Positions 8,031 to 17,084 are shown, counted from the first letter of the stretch. The stretch is DNA of 59,849 nucleotides from a bacterium (GCA_046759165.1 JBHIBS010000002.1:1-59849), one strand, 5' to 3'. Numbers and translations are program-made. Notes: generated by a model from the sequence alone, not told the origin.

Positions 8031-8588
8031 ATGAAGATATTTAGACTGATTGGCTCTCTAGCTTTCGTGCTCGGGATTTTCACTGCAATATTTGCTGGGA
8101 TACCTTGGTACGTGATCGTTGCCGACGACCCGGTTATACCTTGGTGGCTTAGGATAGCAGTTTTTTTCCTTCTAGGTGGTATCCTACTAGTCCTTCTGAC
8201 AGTGGCTCTCGAACAAAGGAAAAGCAAGACATCAGGAAAGGAGTTTCCGCTTGCTGAGTCCCAACCCGGGGTTTTGCTACTGAATTCTACAGATATCCCT
8301 GGCCGCGAGATCACCGAGATTCTTGATTTAGTCAAAGGACACACTATTTTTGCCATCTGGCTTGGAAAGGACCTCTCTGCCTTGGTGCGACTGGTTCTTG
8401 GCGGTGAGCTGACTGAGTACACGGAGATGATGGGACGGGCTCGCAAGGTAGCTACTGATCGGATGATCGCCCAGGCTGAGGAGCTGGGGGCTGACGCGAT
8501 TATCAACATCCGCTATATGACCACTAGCGTCATCGGCAGTGCCGCTGAACTTTTGGCCTACGGCACAGCCGTCAAGCTGAGCAAATAG
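8031..8588 (+). CDS. YbjQ/UPF0145-domain protein with N-terminal TM helices
   Basis: C-terminal ...TEYTEMMGRARKVATDRMIAQAEELGADAIINIRYMTT...AYGTAVKL, typical of the YbjQ family. Confidence 0.8.
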   Translation: MKIFRLIGSLAFVLGIFTAIFAGIPWYVIVADDPVIPWWLRIAVFFLLGGILLVLLTVALEQRKSKTSGKEFPLAESQPGVLLLNSTDIPGREITEILDLVKGHTIFAIWLGKDLSALVRLVLGGELTEYTEMMGRARKVATDRMIAQAEELGADAIINIRYMTTSVIGSAAELLAYGTAVKLSK

Positions 8589-8769
8589 ATCATCTTACGG
8601 AAGGATATTTGCTGATATGCATGTAATTGCAATCTTATACGGTCCAAAAGGTCAGCTAACATAAGACTGGCGGCTCACTATGTTCGCCCAAACCGCTTCG
8701 CGGCTTCGCCAATCTTAGGAACGTTAGCCGAAACTTTTTGTCGCTTTTCAAAGAAAGCATGAGGATAGT

Positions 8770-10248
8770 ATGAAAATGCTTCTTGTTTATCCAGAGTATC
8801 CAGACACCTTCTGGAGTTTTAAGCACGCCCTAAAATTCATCTCTAAAAAGGCAAGTTTTCCGCCTTTAGGGTTGTTGACTATGGCCGCAATGCTTCCCAA
8901 AGAGTGGGAGAAAAAACTCGCAGATATGACAGTATCTGCATTACCTGATGAAGATATAAAATGGGCTGATTATGTATTTATTAGTGCTATGTCTATTCAA
9001 AGGGAATCTGTGAAAAAGGTAATTGCTAAATGCAAAAGGTTAGGAACTAAGATTGTTGCCGGTGGCCCCCTGTTTACGACTGGATATGAAGATTTCGAGA
9101 ATGTGGATCATCTTGTGCTCAATGAGGCTGAGGTTACACTGCCACCATTTTTGGAAGATTTAAAAGAGGGACACCCTAAACATATCTACACTTCAGATCA
9201 GTGGCCAGATATAGAAAAGACACCTACCCCTCTTTGGGAATTGGTCGATATGAAAAAATATGCCTTTATGTGTATTCAATATTCACGAGGTTGTCCATTT
9301 AATTGTGAATTCTGTGATGTCACCTTACTTTTTGGGCACAAGATGCGAATAAAAACTAAAGACCAGATATTAGCAGAATTAGAGAGCCTATATTCACAGG
9401 CCTGGAGGGGTGGAGTATTTATTGTTGATGACAACTTTATTGGAAATAAGGGAAAGTTAAAAAAGGAAGTTCTCCCTACTATGATTGACTGGATGGAGAA
9501 AAGAAAATATCCTTTCTCCTTTAACACACAGGCATCAATAAATCTCTCTGATGATGAGGAACTTATGAAAATGATGATTCAGGCAAGGTTTGATTCAGTG
9601 TTTATTGGTATCGAAACTCCTGATGAGGAGAGTTTAGCCGAATGCGGTAAGATTCAAAACAAAAACCGTGATTTAATATCTTGTATTAAAAAAATCCAAA
9701 AGTTTGGTTTACAAGTTCAAGGAGGATTTATTGTGGGCTTTGATAGCGATCCACCCTCAATTTTTGAAAGACTAATTGCGTTTATTCAAAAAAGCGGAAT
9801 TGTTACAGCGATGGTCGGATTATTAAATGCTCCTCGTGGCACCAAACTTTACCACCGCCTTGTAAAGGAGAATAGATTGTTGAAGAATATTTCTGGTGAC
9901 AACACAGACCTTTCGACCAACTTTATTCCAAAAATGAACTATAAATTGCTTATCAAGGGCTATAAAAAAATTCTTCGTACAATCTATTCCCCTAAGTATT
10001 ATTATGAACGGGTTCTGACACTTTTCAGAAATTTTGAGCCTTTGGAAAAAAAGAAATTTCAATTTCGTCTTTCCCATCTTGGGGCATTTCTTAAATCTAC
10101 GTGGCTTTTGGGCATAAGAGGAAAAGGAAGAATTTATTATTGGAAACTTCTTTTCTGGACTTTGTTTTGGCGTCAAGAACTTCTTCCATTGGCAGTAACC
10201 TATAGCATTTACGGATTCCATTTTCGTAAGATTTTTAGGGATTATTAA
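8770..10248 (+). CDS. B12-binding radical SAM protein (DUF4070-type C-terminus)
   Basis: N-terminal cobalamin-binding-like fold (LLVYPEYPD...PPLGLL), a CPFNCEFC CxxxCxxC cluster, and a long C-terminal extension. Confidence 0.88.
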   Translation: MKMLLVYPEYPDTFWSFKHALKFISKKASFPPLGLLTMAAMLPKEWEKKLADMTVSALPDEDIKWADYVFISAMSIQRESVKKVIAKCKRLGTKIVAGGPLFTTGYEDFENVDHLVLNEAEVTLPPFLEDLKEGHPKHIYTSDQWPDIEKTPTPLWELVDMKKYAFMCIQYSRGCPFNCEFCDVTLLFGHKMRIKTKDQILAELESLYSQAWRGGVFIVDDNFIGNKGKLKKEVLPTMIDWMEKRKYPFSFNTQASINLSDDEELMKMMIQARFDSVFIGIETPDEESLAECGKIQNKNRDLISCIKKIQKFGLQVQGGFIVGFDSDPPSIFERLIAFIQKSGIVTAMVGLLNAPRGTKLYHRLVKENRLLKNISGDNTDLSTNFIPKMNYKLLIKGYKKILRTIYSPKYYYERVLTLFRNFEPLEKKKFQFRLSHLGAFLKSTWLLGIRGKGRIYYWKLLFWTLFWRQELLPLAVTYSIYGFHFRKIFRDY

Positions 10249-10381
10249 AATATATAATGACAAAAAGCTTCATCTAACATAGCATAAAAGGTTCGTGCCT
10301 AACGCTAATCACCCAAATTTTTGCTTCGCAAAAACTTCTTTTATGCTGAAAGCATTATATGAAGTGGAAATTTTTGATTTT

Positions 10382-10876
10382 GCAGGCAACGGAAGACAGT
10401 CGAAGGCTGGCTGAAGTCCGAGCACCGAGACTGCTGGGTGGGTGGGGAGAAGATTTGGCTTCTCTGCCCGACAGAAGTGTTTGCTTTCTTGATTAAGGGC
10501 AGAGGCGGATGAGCCCGAGCAAAAAATAATGCCTTTTTTAAAAAATTTGTTCGGCACATCCCTAAAAACAGATTTTTTTGCGAGGGCGAGAACGCAAGCC
10601 CTGAGCGGAGCGAAGGGCAAGCCGAATCGCAAGATTAAGTTTTTATTAATGATTTTTCAAAATAGGTTCGCACTTCGTTTAATAACTGCGACCAGATGAA
10701 ACTTTGCGAATTGCTGGGGGAAAAATGAGGTCGATTGAGCCTCACTTTCGCTCGACTTCGCTTGTCATAAATCCTTTTATATTAAGGAATTAAATCAAAA
10801 GGTTTTTCAAAATCTAAAAAGACTTTTCTATCCAGGGGGTGACGGTTCGTTCCAATTTTTTTCACATAGGAGGAGG
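10382..10876 (+). repeat. leader-like repeat, copy 3 (5' module 10382-10698 + 3' module 10699-10876)
   Basis: Same order and orientation as copy 2. Has a 25-nt deletion near the 3' end and ends in AGGAGGAGG before the ATG at 10885. Confidence 0.9.
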
Positions 10877-10884
10877 TGAAACAA

Positions 10885-11136
10885 ATGGAAAAACTAAATG
10901 TAAAAGCATTGACTGTTGGATTAGGCGTTTCATGGGCAGTTTGCATGCTATTTGCTGGTTGGGTGTCCATATTCGGCTGGGGCACAAAATTCGTCGAGGT
11001 AATGGCATCAGTTTATATTGGTTTTAAGCCGACGTTTTTAGGTGGTGTCATTGGCGCAATATGGGGATTTATTGATGGTGCAATCGGTGGAGCAATAATT
11101 GCTTTTGTTTATAATGCTATTGTTAGGAAGAAATAA
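10885..11136 (+). CDS. small Gly-rich two-TM membrane protein
   Basis: 83 aa from the ATG 8 nt after AGGAGG. Two hydrophobic helices with GxxxG-like runs (GGVIGAIWGFIDGAIGGAI). The ORF track starts at GTG 10876. Confidence 0.6.
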   Translation: MEKLNVKALTVGLGVSWAVCMLFAGWVSIFGWGTKFVEVMASVYIGFKPTFLGGVIGAIWGFIDGAIGGAIIAFVYNAIVRKK

Positions 11137-11240
11137 TGGCTCACGTGCCAACCCTTCGGGCTGCGGGTCGTCCCGATGAATCGGGATTGCCCCGATTTTA
11201 AAAGTTTTCATTGTTGCTGACTAAACGGTAGAGGTGAAAT

Positions 11241-11720
11241 ATGGTTAAGACAGGCAAAAGTTGGCGGCAAAAATTGGAGAAAATAGAGGGATTGCCAAAA
11301 ATAGTCAATATCCCAAAAAAGATGGAAAAGAGATTGGGAAAAGGAAAAATGCTCATCCCCAAGCCCTTAGACGTTGATGCACTAATTCGTAAAGTTAAAA
11401 CGGGAAAGCTTGTCACGCAGGAGAAAATTAGACAGAAATTGGCAAAAGATTTCAAAGTTAATGTTACCTGCCCGATAACAACGGGAATTTTTATTCGTAT
11501 TGCTGCTGAAACCGCAGAAGAAGATTTAAGAAATGGAAAGAAACAAATAACGCCTTATTGGCGGGTGATTAAGGGAGACGGTCGTTTAAACGAAAAATTC
11601 CCTGGAGGCGTGAAAGTTCAGGCGGGACGGTTGAAAGAAGAGGGGCATCGTATCCAGCCGAGTGAATACAGAAACCCGCCCCGAGTAAAAGACTTTGGGA
11701 AATACCTACAGAAACTATAG
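11241..11720 (+). CDS. MGMT-family / alkyltransferase-like DNA-binding protein
   Basis: TCPITTGIFIRIAAE and PYWRVIKGDGRL resemble the Cys-less PxxRVV motif of COG3695-type proteins. SD GAGGTGAAA lies upstream. Confidence 0.6.
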   Translation: MVKTGKSWRQKLEKIEGLPKIVNIPKKMEKRLGKGKMLIPKPLDVDALIRKVKTGKLVTQEKIRQKLAKDFKVNVTCPITTGIFIRIAAETAEEDLRNGKKQITPYWRVIKGDGRLNEKFPGGVKVQAGRLKEEGHRIQPSEYRNPPRVKDFGKYLQKL

Positions 11721-11739
11721 TTGGAAATAGGAGTAGTCT

Positions 11740-12423
11740 ATGAGCTATATTGGCTCCTGGAGTGGTGGTAAAGATAGTTGTTTCGCCTGTTATAAGGCAA
11801 TGTGTAGGGGATACAATGTTTCTTATCTGGTAAACTTTATTTCTAAAGAATACAAAAGAGTAAGTTTTCATGGCACAGAAGCTGGATTGATTCAATTACA
11901 AGCCGAAGCATTAGGTATACCCCTATTGCAGAAAGAGACTACCGGGAATGGATATGAGCAAGAATTTAAAGAAGCAGTAGGAAGTCTAATTCCTAATGGC
12001 ATAAGAGGGATGATTTTCGGCGACATTTATTTGCAGGAACACAAGGATTGGGTAGAGAGGGTTTGCAGAGAGTTAGGAATTGAGGCAGTTGAGCTACTCT
12101 GGGGACAAGAACCAGAAAGAATTCTGTTCGACTTTATAGATGCAGGTTTTGAGGCGATAATAGTTAGTGCCAAATCGGAACTATTTGGCAAAGAATGGAT
12201 TGGTCAGAAGGTAGATAAAGAGTTTCTCAAATACCTAAAAGAAAATAGTATTGATATTTGTGGGGAGAATGGTGAATACCATACCCTTGTAGTCGACGGC
12301 CCGATGTTCAAGAAGAAAATAAGAATAACTGAAAGCCAGTCGATTTCACGAGAAGGTTACTGGTTCTTAGATACTCTCCAATATAAATTACAGGATTCTG
12401 CCGAGTCCGCTGTGCTTCATTAG
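11740..12423 (+). CDS. PP-loop ATP-binding protein, Dph6/MJ0570-like (diphthine-ammonia ligase family)
   Basis: N-terminal SWSGGKDS PP-loop; the length and the C-terminal GENGEYHTLV motif fit the family. Confidence 0.75.
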   Translation: MSYIGSWSGGKDSCFACYKAMCRGYNVSYLVNFISKEYKRVSFHGTEAGLIQLQAEALGIPLLQKETTGNGYEQEFKEAVGSLIPNGIRGMIFGDIYLQEHKDWVERVCRELGIEAVELLWGQEPERILFDFIDAGFEAIIVSAKSELFGKEWIGQKVDKEFLKYLKENSIDICGENGEYHTLVVDGPMFKKKIRITESQSISREGYWFLDTLQYKLQDSAESAVLH

Positions 12424-12482
12424 GCTTGTTTGAAATTATACCATACCAGCACTTAAGATTATGCTTTCGGAGGTGAAAAAAG

Positions 12483-12983
12483 ATGGCTGAAGAAAAACAA
12501 CCCAGCGTGATGGAATTGCAAGAAAAAGTGGCACGGTATTTTTGTAACAGACCAAGCAACTTCCCCACCGGACGACCATTCAATTGTTGTGAGAGTGTTC
12601 TCCTAACTTTAGCGGAGTATCTCCACATGGACTCCGAGCTGATTCCCAGGATTGGCACGGCAATAGGTGCGGGTGTGGGCTTAAATGGATTGCTTTGCGG
12701 TTCTGTTTCAAGTGTAGCCATGGCAATAGGCATTAAACATGGAAGAAATAAGTCAGAGGGAAGTCCGCAGCCGGCATGGGGATTAATCGATAAATATATA
12801 ACCTCTTTCAAGGAAAAATTTGGAGCAGTTAACTGCAGGCAACTTACCGGCCTCAACTTAAAGACCCCGGAGGGATTGAAGGAATATTTTACAAGAGTTC
12901 ATGACTATGCATGCGCTGAGAGGTTGAAATTTGCAGTAGAGAAGGCAGTGGAAATCTTGTCAAAGACTCCACCTAAGAAATAA
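12483..12983 (+). CDS. C_GCAxxG_C_C family redox-like protein
   Basis: Cys pattern NCCESVL ... LLCGSVSS ... VNCRQLTG ... YACAE. SD GGAGGTGAAAAA lies upstream. Confidence 0.8.
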   Translation: MAEEKQPSVMELQEKVARYFCNRPSNFPTGRPFNCCESVLLTLAEYLHMDSELIPRIGTAIGAGVGLNGLLCGSVSSVAMAIGIKHGRNKSEGSPQPAWGLIDKYITSFKEKFGAVNCRQLTGLNLKTPEGLKEYFTRVHDYACAERLKFAVEKAVEILSKTPPKK

Positions 12984-13011
12984 GCCTTGAGGCAATTACA
13001 TAGAGGAAAAG

Positions 13012-13527
13012 ATGAGATATTTATGGTTAGTGCCTAGTATATTTTTAATTCATTTTTTTTTCGGGCGACTCGTTTCTATTCCCTACGCTTTGGCCATATT
13101 CCACAAGTGGTATTGGGCAGTCTTTGCGACCTGGCCAATAGATATTATTACTGTTCCTTTCTGGCTTCGTATCTTCGATAAGGTTACAGGCTCAAGAAAT
13201 TTTGTCGCTCGGGAGAAATTATTTATTCGGTATCTCCGAAGAGAAATTGAGAAGTTTACTAAGAAAAAAATCTTTAGGAGAGAGCGAAAACTTCATTCCA
13301 GAATTCTGCGGCGTGCTCAGAGGTGGGGACAGTTTGGGGTTATACTTGTTGCTGCGCTACCATTTGTCGGGGGAGGAATATGGTCTGGCGTTCTTCTGGC
13401 ACGCTTTCTCAGGTTGAAAGTAACAAGGGGATATCTTTTAATTTGTTTGGGCAGTGCTTTGGGTGCTTCATTTATATCCTTGGGTATTCATGGGATTAAA
13501 GAGTTGATCCTTAAACTTTTTGCATAG
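13012..13527 (+). CDS. membrane protein, possibly Sm_multidrug_ex (COG2426)-like
   Basis: TM pair, a very basic loop, then RWGQFGVILVAALPFVGGGIWSGVLLA. Same architecture as 14188-14682 and 26832-27542. Confidence 0.6.
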   Translation: MRYLWLVPSIFLIHFFFGRLVSIPYALAIFHKWYWAVFATWPIDIITVPFWLRIFDKVTGSRNFVAREKLFIRYLRREIEKFTKKKIFRRERKLHSRILRRAQRWGQFGVILVAALPFVGGGIWSGVLLARFLRLKVTRGYLLICLGSALGASFISLGIHGIKELILKLFA

Positions 13528-14185
13528 GGGAAACGTGACTGATTTCAAAAGTTTACAGGAAGAGATGGTTACTCAGCAAATAATGCGTCGAGGAGTAGTC
13601 ACTCCCAGGGTAATTGAAGCCTTCGGAAAGGTTCCCCGCCATCTCTTTGTTCCAGAACAGTTCCAGAGCCACTCCTACAACGACCACCCTCTTCCCATAG
13701 GTGAGGGGCAGACGATCTCACAGCCTTATATGGTTGCCCTGATGACAGACCTTCTCAATCTATCAGGGGAAGAGAAAGTTCTGGAAATCGGTACTGGCTC
13801 TGGTTATCAGGCAGCAATTCTCGCTGAACTGGGAAAGGAAGTCTATACAGTAGAGAGGCATAAATTGTTAGCCGAAAGGGCAGAAAGGCTACTCGAAGAG
13901 TTAAACTACCAGAATGTGAAGGTTCTCGTTGGTGACGGGACAAAAGGTTGGAAGGAATTCTCTCCTTATCAGAGAATTGTTGTTACTGCTAGCGCTCCCG
14001 ATGTCCCTCAACCCCTGTTTGAACAATTAGATGAAATGGGTAAACTTGTAATTCCCATAGGTGGAAGGTGGTCACAGGATTTAGCCTTAATCGAAAAGAG
14101 AAAAGGAAAGATGATAAGAAAGTCTATTTGCGGTTGTGTCTTCGTGCCTTTAATCGGAGAGTATGGCTATGGCAATATTGAATAA
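13520..14185 (+). CDS. pcm: protein-L-isoaspartate O-methyltransferase
   Basis: GQTISQPYMVA, SAM motif VLEIGTGSGYQAA and VTASAP. The start may be GTG 13535. Confidence 0.9.
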   Translation: MHRGNVTDFKSLQEEMVTQQIMRRGVVTPRVIEAFGKVPRHLFVPEQFQSHSYNDHPLPIGEGQTISQPYMVALMTDLLNLSGEEKVLEIGTGSGYQAAILAELGKEVYTVERHKLLAERAERLLEELNYQNVKVLVGDGTKGWKEFSPYQRIVVTASAPDVPQPLFEQLDEMGKLVIPIGGRWSQDLALIEKRKGKMIRKSICGCVFVPLIGEYGYGNIE

Positions 14186-14187
14186 GA

Positions 14188-14682
14188 ATGGCTCAGGAAA
14201 TAATTAAATTTTTGAATCGGCTATTCGCCCCAGAGCTTGTAACAGTAATTGTGGCTGCTTTGCCTATTTCAGAGCTTCGCGGGTCCATTCCGCTGGCCCT
14301 GGGTGTTTTTCACTTCTCTATTGAAAAGGCATATTTTTTATCTATAATTGGAAATCTAATTCCAGTGATACCGCTACTTCTTTTTCTTGAATCTCTGTCT
14401 AAATGGCTGAGCATGAGGTTCAACTGGGCTGAGAAATTTTTCAGCTGGTTATTTGCTCGCACTAAGAAAAGAAGTAAGCTTGTAGAGAAGTACGGAGCTA
14501 TCGGTCTTATCTTTTTTGTGGCCATTCCTCTGCCGGTGACAGGAGCGTGGACTGGATGCGTGGCGGCATTTCTTTTTGGCATCAGAAGAGTGTGGGCAAC
14601 TTTGTGTATAGGAAATGGTGTGTTGATTGCTGGAATAATTGTTACTCTTGCCAGTCTCGGTGTAATTGAGATATTCTGGTAA
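14188..14682 (+). CDS. small multidrug export-like membrane protein (COG2426)
   Basis: ISELRGSIPLALG motif and KYGAIGLIFFVAIPLPVTGAWTG. Confidence 0.75.
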   Translation: MAQEIIKFLNRLFAPELVTVIVAALPISELRGSIPLALGVFHFSIEKAYFLSIIGNLIPVIPLLLFLESLSKWLSMRFNWAEKFFSWLFARTKKRSKLVEKYGAIGLIFFVAIPLPVTGAWTGCVAAFLFGIRRVWATLCIGNGVLIAGIIVTLASLGVIEIFW

Positions 14683-14727
14683 ACCTGTTAGAAGCCGTAG
14701 ATTTCTAACCGGGTAAAGAAGAGAGAC

Positions 14728-14802
14728 CGGGGCGTAGCTCAGTTGGTCTAGAGCGCACGGTTCGGGACCGTGAGGTCGGCCGTTCAAATCGGCTCGCCCC
14801 GA
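14728..14802 (+). tRNA. tRNA-Pro (anticodon CGG)
   Basis: Acceptor CGGGGCG/CGCCCCG, anticodon arm CACGG-UUCGGGA-CCGTG, T arm GGCCG-TTCAAAT-CGGCT. CCA is not encoded. Confidence 0.93.
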
Positions 14803-14812
14803 CCCGGAGGCT

Positions 14813-15520
14813 TTGGTCTTGACAGCAAAGCTAAATTTTGCGTATAATAAATTGACCAAAATTATTTTCACAAAGCTCTTTGTTCTAATTCTACTTTCTG
14901 GGTGTGCGCTTTTCCCACCAGGAATTTACCATAGAGTGCGGAAGGGCGAGACTCTCTGGAGAATTTCTAAGGCCTATCAGGTCGACTTAGAGGAGTTGGC
15001 AAGAATAAACCATTTGTCTGACACTACCAGAATTAAAGTGGGCCAATTGATCTTTGTCCCGGGCGCTGAAGAGAGAAAAGATACTTTGGCCTATTCTGGA
15101 AGGCCGACTTCTCCAGCAACAGAAAAAAGAGAGAAAGAACCACCTGAAATCCTCGATTTCTGCTGGCCTCTAAGAGGAAGGATATTGGTCGGATTTGGAA
15201 AACGGAGTGGTAAACGCCACCAGGGCCTGGACATCGAAGGCAGGGAAGGAGCGCCTATAGTGGCTATTTACGACGGTATTGTAACTTATAGTAATAATAA
15301 ACTTCGGGGATATGGGAACATGGTAATAATTAAGCACAATGAGGACTATTCGAGCGTCTACGCTCATAATCGGATAAATCTAGTCAGAGAGGGAGAAAGG
15401 GTAAAGAAAGGACAGGTGATCGCTCAGGTGGGAGCAAGCGGCTGGGCAGATGTACTACACGTACATTTTGAAATAAGAGAGAGGGGTAAGGCGGTCAATC
15501 CTGTGTTCTATTTACCTTAG
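14813..15520 (+). CDS. LysM-domain M23 metallopeptidase lipoprotein (NlpD-like)
   Basis: Lipobox LLSGC, LysM YHRVRKGETLWRISKAYQVDLEELARINHL, and M23 motifs HQGLDI, YAHN, VHFEIR. The start is uncertain; TTG 14852 would give a classic signal peptide. Confidence 0.85.
   Translation: MVLTAKLNFAYNKLTKIIFTKLFVLILLSGCALFPPGIYHRVRKGETLWRISKAYQVDLEELARINHLSDTTRIKVGQLIFVPGAEERKDTLAYSGRPTSPATEKREKEPPEILDFCWPLRGRILVGFGKRSGKRHQGLDIEGREGAPIVAIYDGIVTYSNNKLRGYGNMVIIKHNEDYSSVYAHNRINLVREGERVKKGQVIAQVGASGWADVLHVHFEIRERGKAVNPVFYLP
14819..14848 (+). promoter_or_regulatory. sigma-70-like promoter (TTGACA-N18-TATAAT)
   Basis: Consensus hexamers at 14819-14824 and 14843-14848. It lies inside the 5' end of the 14813 ORF, which argues that the real start of that gene is further downstream. 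Confidence 0.45.
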
Positions 15521-15549
15521 AATCGCACGTTATCCTTAAATTAAACTAG

Positions 15550-16389
15550 ATGGTACAAAGTTTAGATTCAGTAAAATTATATATGCAAGAGCTCCGGACA
15601 ATTCCTCAAATCACTGAACAGGAGATGGCTGAGCTATTTCCCAAAATAAAAAAGAAAGATGAACAGGCAAAAAAGCGAATAATAGAGGGGAACTTGAGGT
15701 TAGTTATTAACATTGCCAAACGATACTCTTGCTATGGTCTCGACTTTTTGGATTTAATCGAGGAGGGAAATGTAGGTCTTATAAAAGCGATTGAGAAATA
15801 CGATTCCAAGATGGGTTACAACTTTTCTACTTACGCTTTCTGGTGGATTAGACAATATATTCAGCGGGCGATCTTAAACCAGACTAAGACCATCCATATT
15901 CCGCTTTACGCCTATGAGTCAATAAAGAAGCTTATTAATGTCTCTGAAAAGATGCGGGAGGGGTTAGAGAGACAACCAACTACCGCAGAATTGGCAAAGA
16001 AACTGCGCCTTTCCATAAAGAAAACTCAGAAGTTTTTGCAGGAGATCCGGGTCTTTGAAAAGGTCGGTTCTCTGGATAGTCCTCTGGGAGATAAATTCGA
16101 TATTTTTCTGAAAGATTTAATTCGAGAGAGAGAGGATAAGTCACCAGAGCATGTTCTAGATTTGATAAAGTCTCACGAAGAGCTGGCACGGATTTTGAAG
16201 AAGCTAACCCCTCAGGAATTAAAAGTCATTAAATTGAGGTACGGAATAGTTGACGGGAAAGGATATAATCTCAGGGAAGTCGGCGAGAAAATGCGCCTGT
16301 CTCGAGAGAGAATAAGACAAATAGAAAAGAGAGCAGTAGAGAGATTAAAAAAGATTGTTCTTAGAACGCAACTCCTCGGAATAGAATAG
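15550..16389 (+). CDS. sigma-70 family RNA polymerase sigma factor (RpoS/RpoD-like)
   Basis: Region 2 LDLIEEGNVGLIKAIEKYD...YAFWWIRQ, region 4 EVGEKMRLSRERIRQIEKRAVERLK. Lies directly after the NlpD-like gene. Confidence 0.88.
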   Translation: MVQSLDSVKLYMQELRTIPQITEQEMAELFPKIKKKDEQAKKRIIEGNLRLVINIAKRYSCYGLDFLDLIEEGNVGLIKAIEKYDSKMGYNFSTYAFWWIRQYIQRAILNQTKTIHIPLYAYESIKKLINVSEKMREGLERQPTTAELAKKLRLSIKKTQKFLQEIRVFEKVGSLDSPLGDKFDIFLKDLIREREDKSPEHVLDLIKSHEELARILKKLTPQELKVIKLRYGIVDGKGYNLREVGEKMRLSRERIRQIEKRAVERLKKIVLRTQLLGIE

Positions 16390-16916
16390 TGGACTTTAAG
16401 ATGAGGGACCTCAAGGAATTAATTCGTAGCATTCCAGATTTCCCCAAGAAGGGAATCCTTTTTAGAGATATTACCACCCTCCTTCAGAACGGCCCGCAGT
16501 TTCGCCGTGCAATCGATATTATAGCCAAGCATTATCAAGGGAAAAAGATTGATAAGATTGTCGCTGTCGAATCGCGCGGCTTTATTATTGCCTCCCCATT
16601 AGCCTATAAATTGAAGGCTGGCATTGTCCCTGTGCGGAAGAAAGGCAAATTGCCCTATAAGACTGTCGAGACAACCTATGAGCTTGAATATGGAACCGAT
16701 ACCCTCCAGATGCATGCCGACGCTTTCCAGCCGGGCGCCAATATCCTAATTGTTGATGACCTCTTGGCCACGGGCGGCACAGCTAAGGCCACAATTAACC
16801 TGATAAAGAAATTGAAGGGAAAAATTGTGGCTATTTGTTTCCTGATAGAGCTAACCGCCTTGAAGGGCAGAGAGAAACTAAAAGGATACAGAGTCCTTTC
16901 CATAATAAAATATTAA
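16389..16916 (+). CDS. apt: adenine phosphoribosyltransferase
   Basis: IPDFPKKGILFRDIT and PRPP loop ILIVDDLLATGGTA. The start may be ATG 16401. Confidence 0.92.
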   Translation: MDFKMRDLKELIRSIPDFPKKGILFRDITTLLQNGPQFRRAIDIIAKHYQGKKIDKIVAVESRGFIIASPLAYKLKAGIVPVRKKGKLPYKTVETTYELEYGTDTLQMHADAFQPGANILIVDDLLATGGTAKATINLIKKLKGKIVAICFLIELTALKGREKLKGYRVLSIIKY

Positions 16917-16932
16917 AGAATCCAGGAGAAAC

Positions 16933-16971
16933 ACCCTCGCAGCTCAGTTGGACAGAGCAGCAGTTTTCCAA
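16933..16971 (+). pseudogene. tRNA 5'-half remnant
   Basis: ACCCTCG-CA-GCTC-AGTTGGACA-GAGC-A-GCAGT-TTTCCAA matches the 5' half of tRNA-Arg(CCT) at 27827 almost base for base, up to the anticodon loop. There is no 3' anticodon stem or T arm. Confidence 0.45.
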
Positions 16972-16998
16972 CCTCCAAAGACAGAAAGTAAATCCGAA

Positions 16999-17065
16999 AA
17001 AGATAAACAAATAGACGAGAATCCTAAATTTCCTTGAAAAATCAAAACAATTTAGGGTTTTTGTT
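16999..17065 (+). repeat. diverged copy of the AATCCTAAAT hairpin repeat (terminator-like)
   Basis: AAGATAAAC...AATCCTAAATT-N20-AATTTAGGG followed by TTTTTG. Related to 23865-23932 and 26462-26529. Confidence 0.5.
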
Positions 17066-17084
17066 CTGAAAGGGGGTGAAAAAT

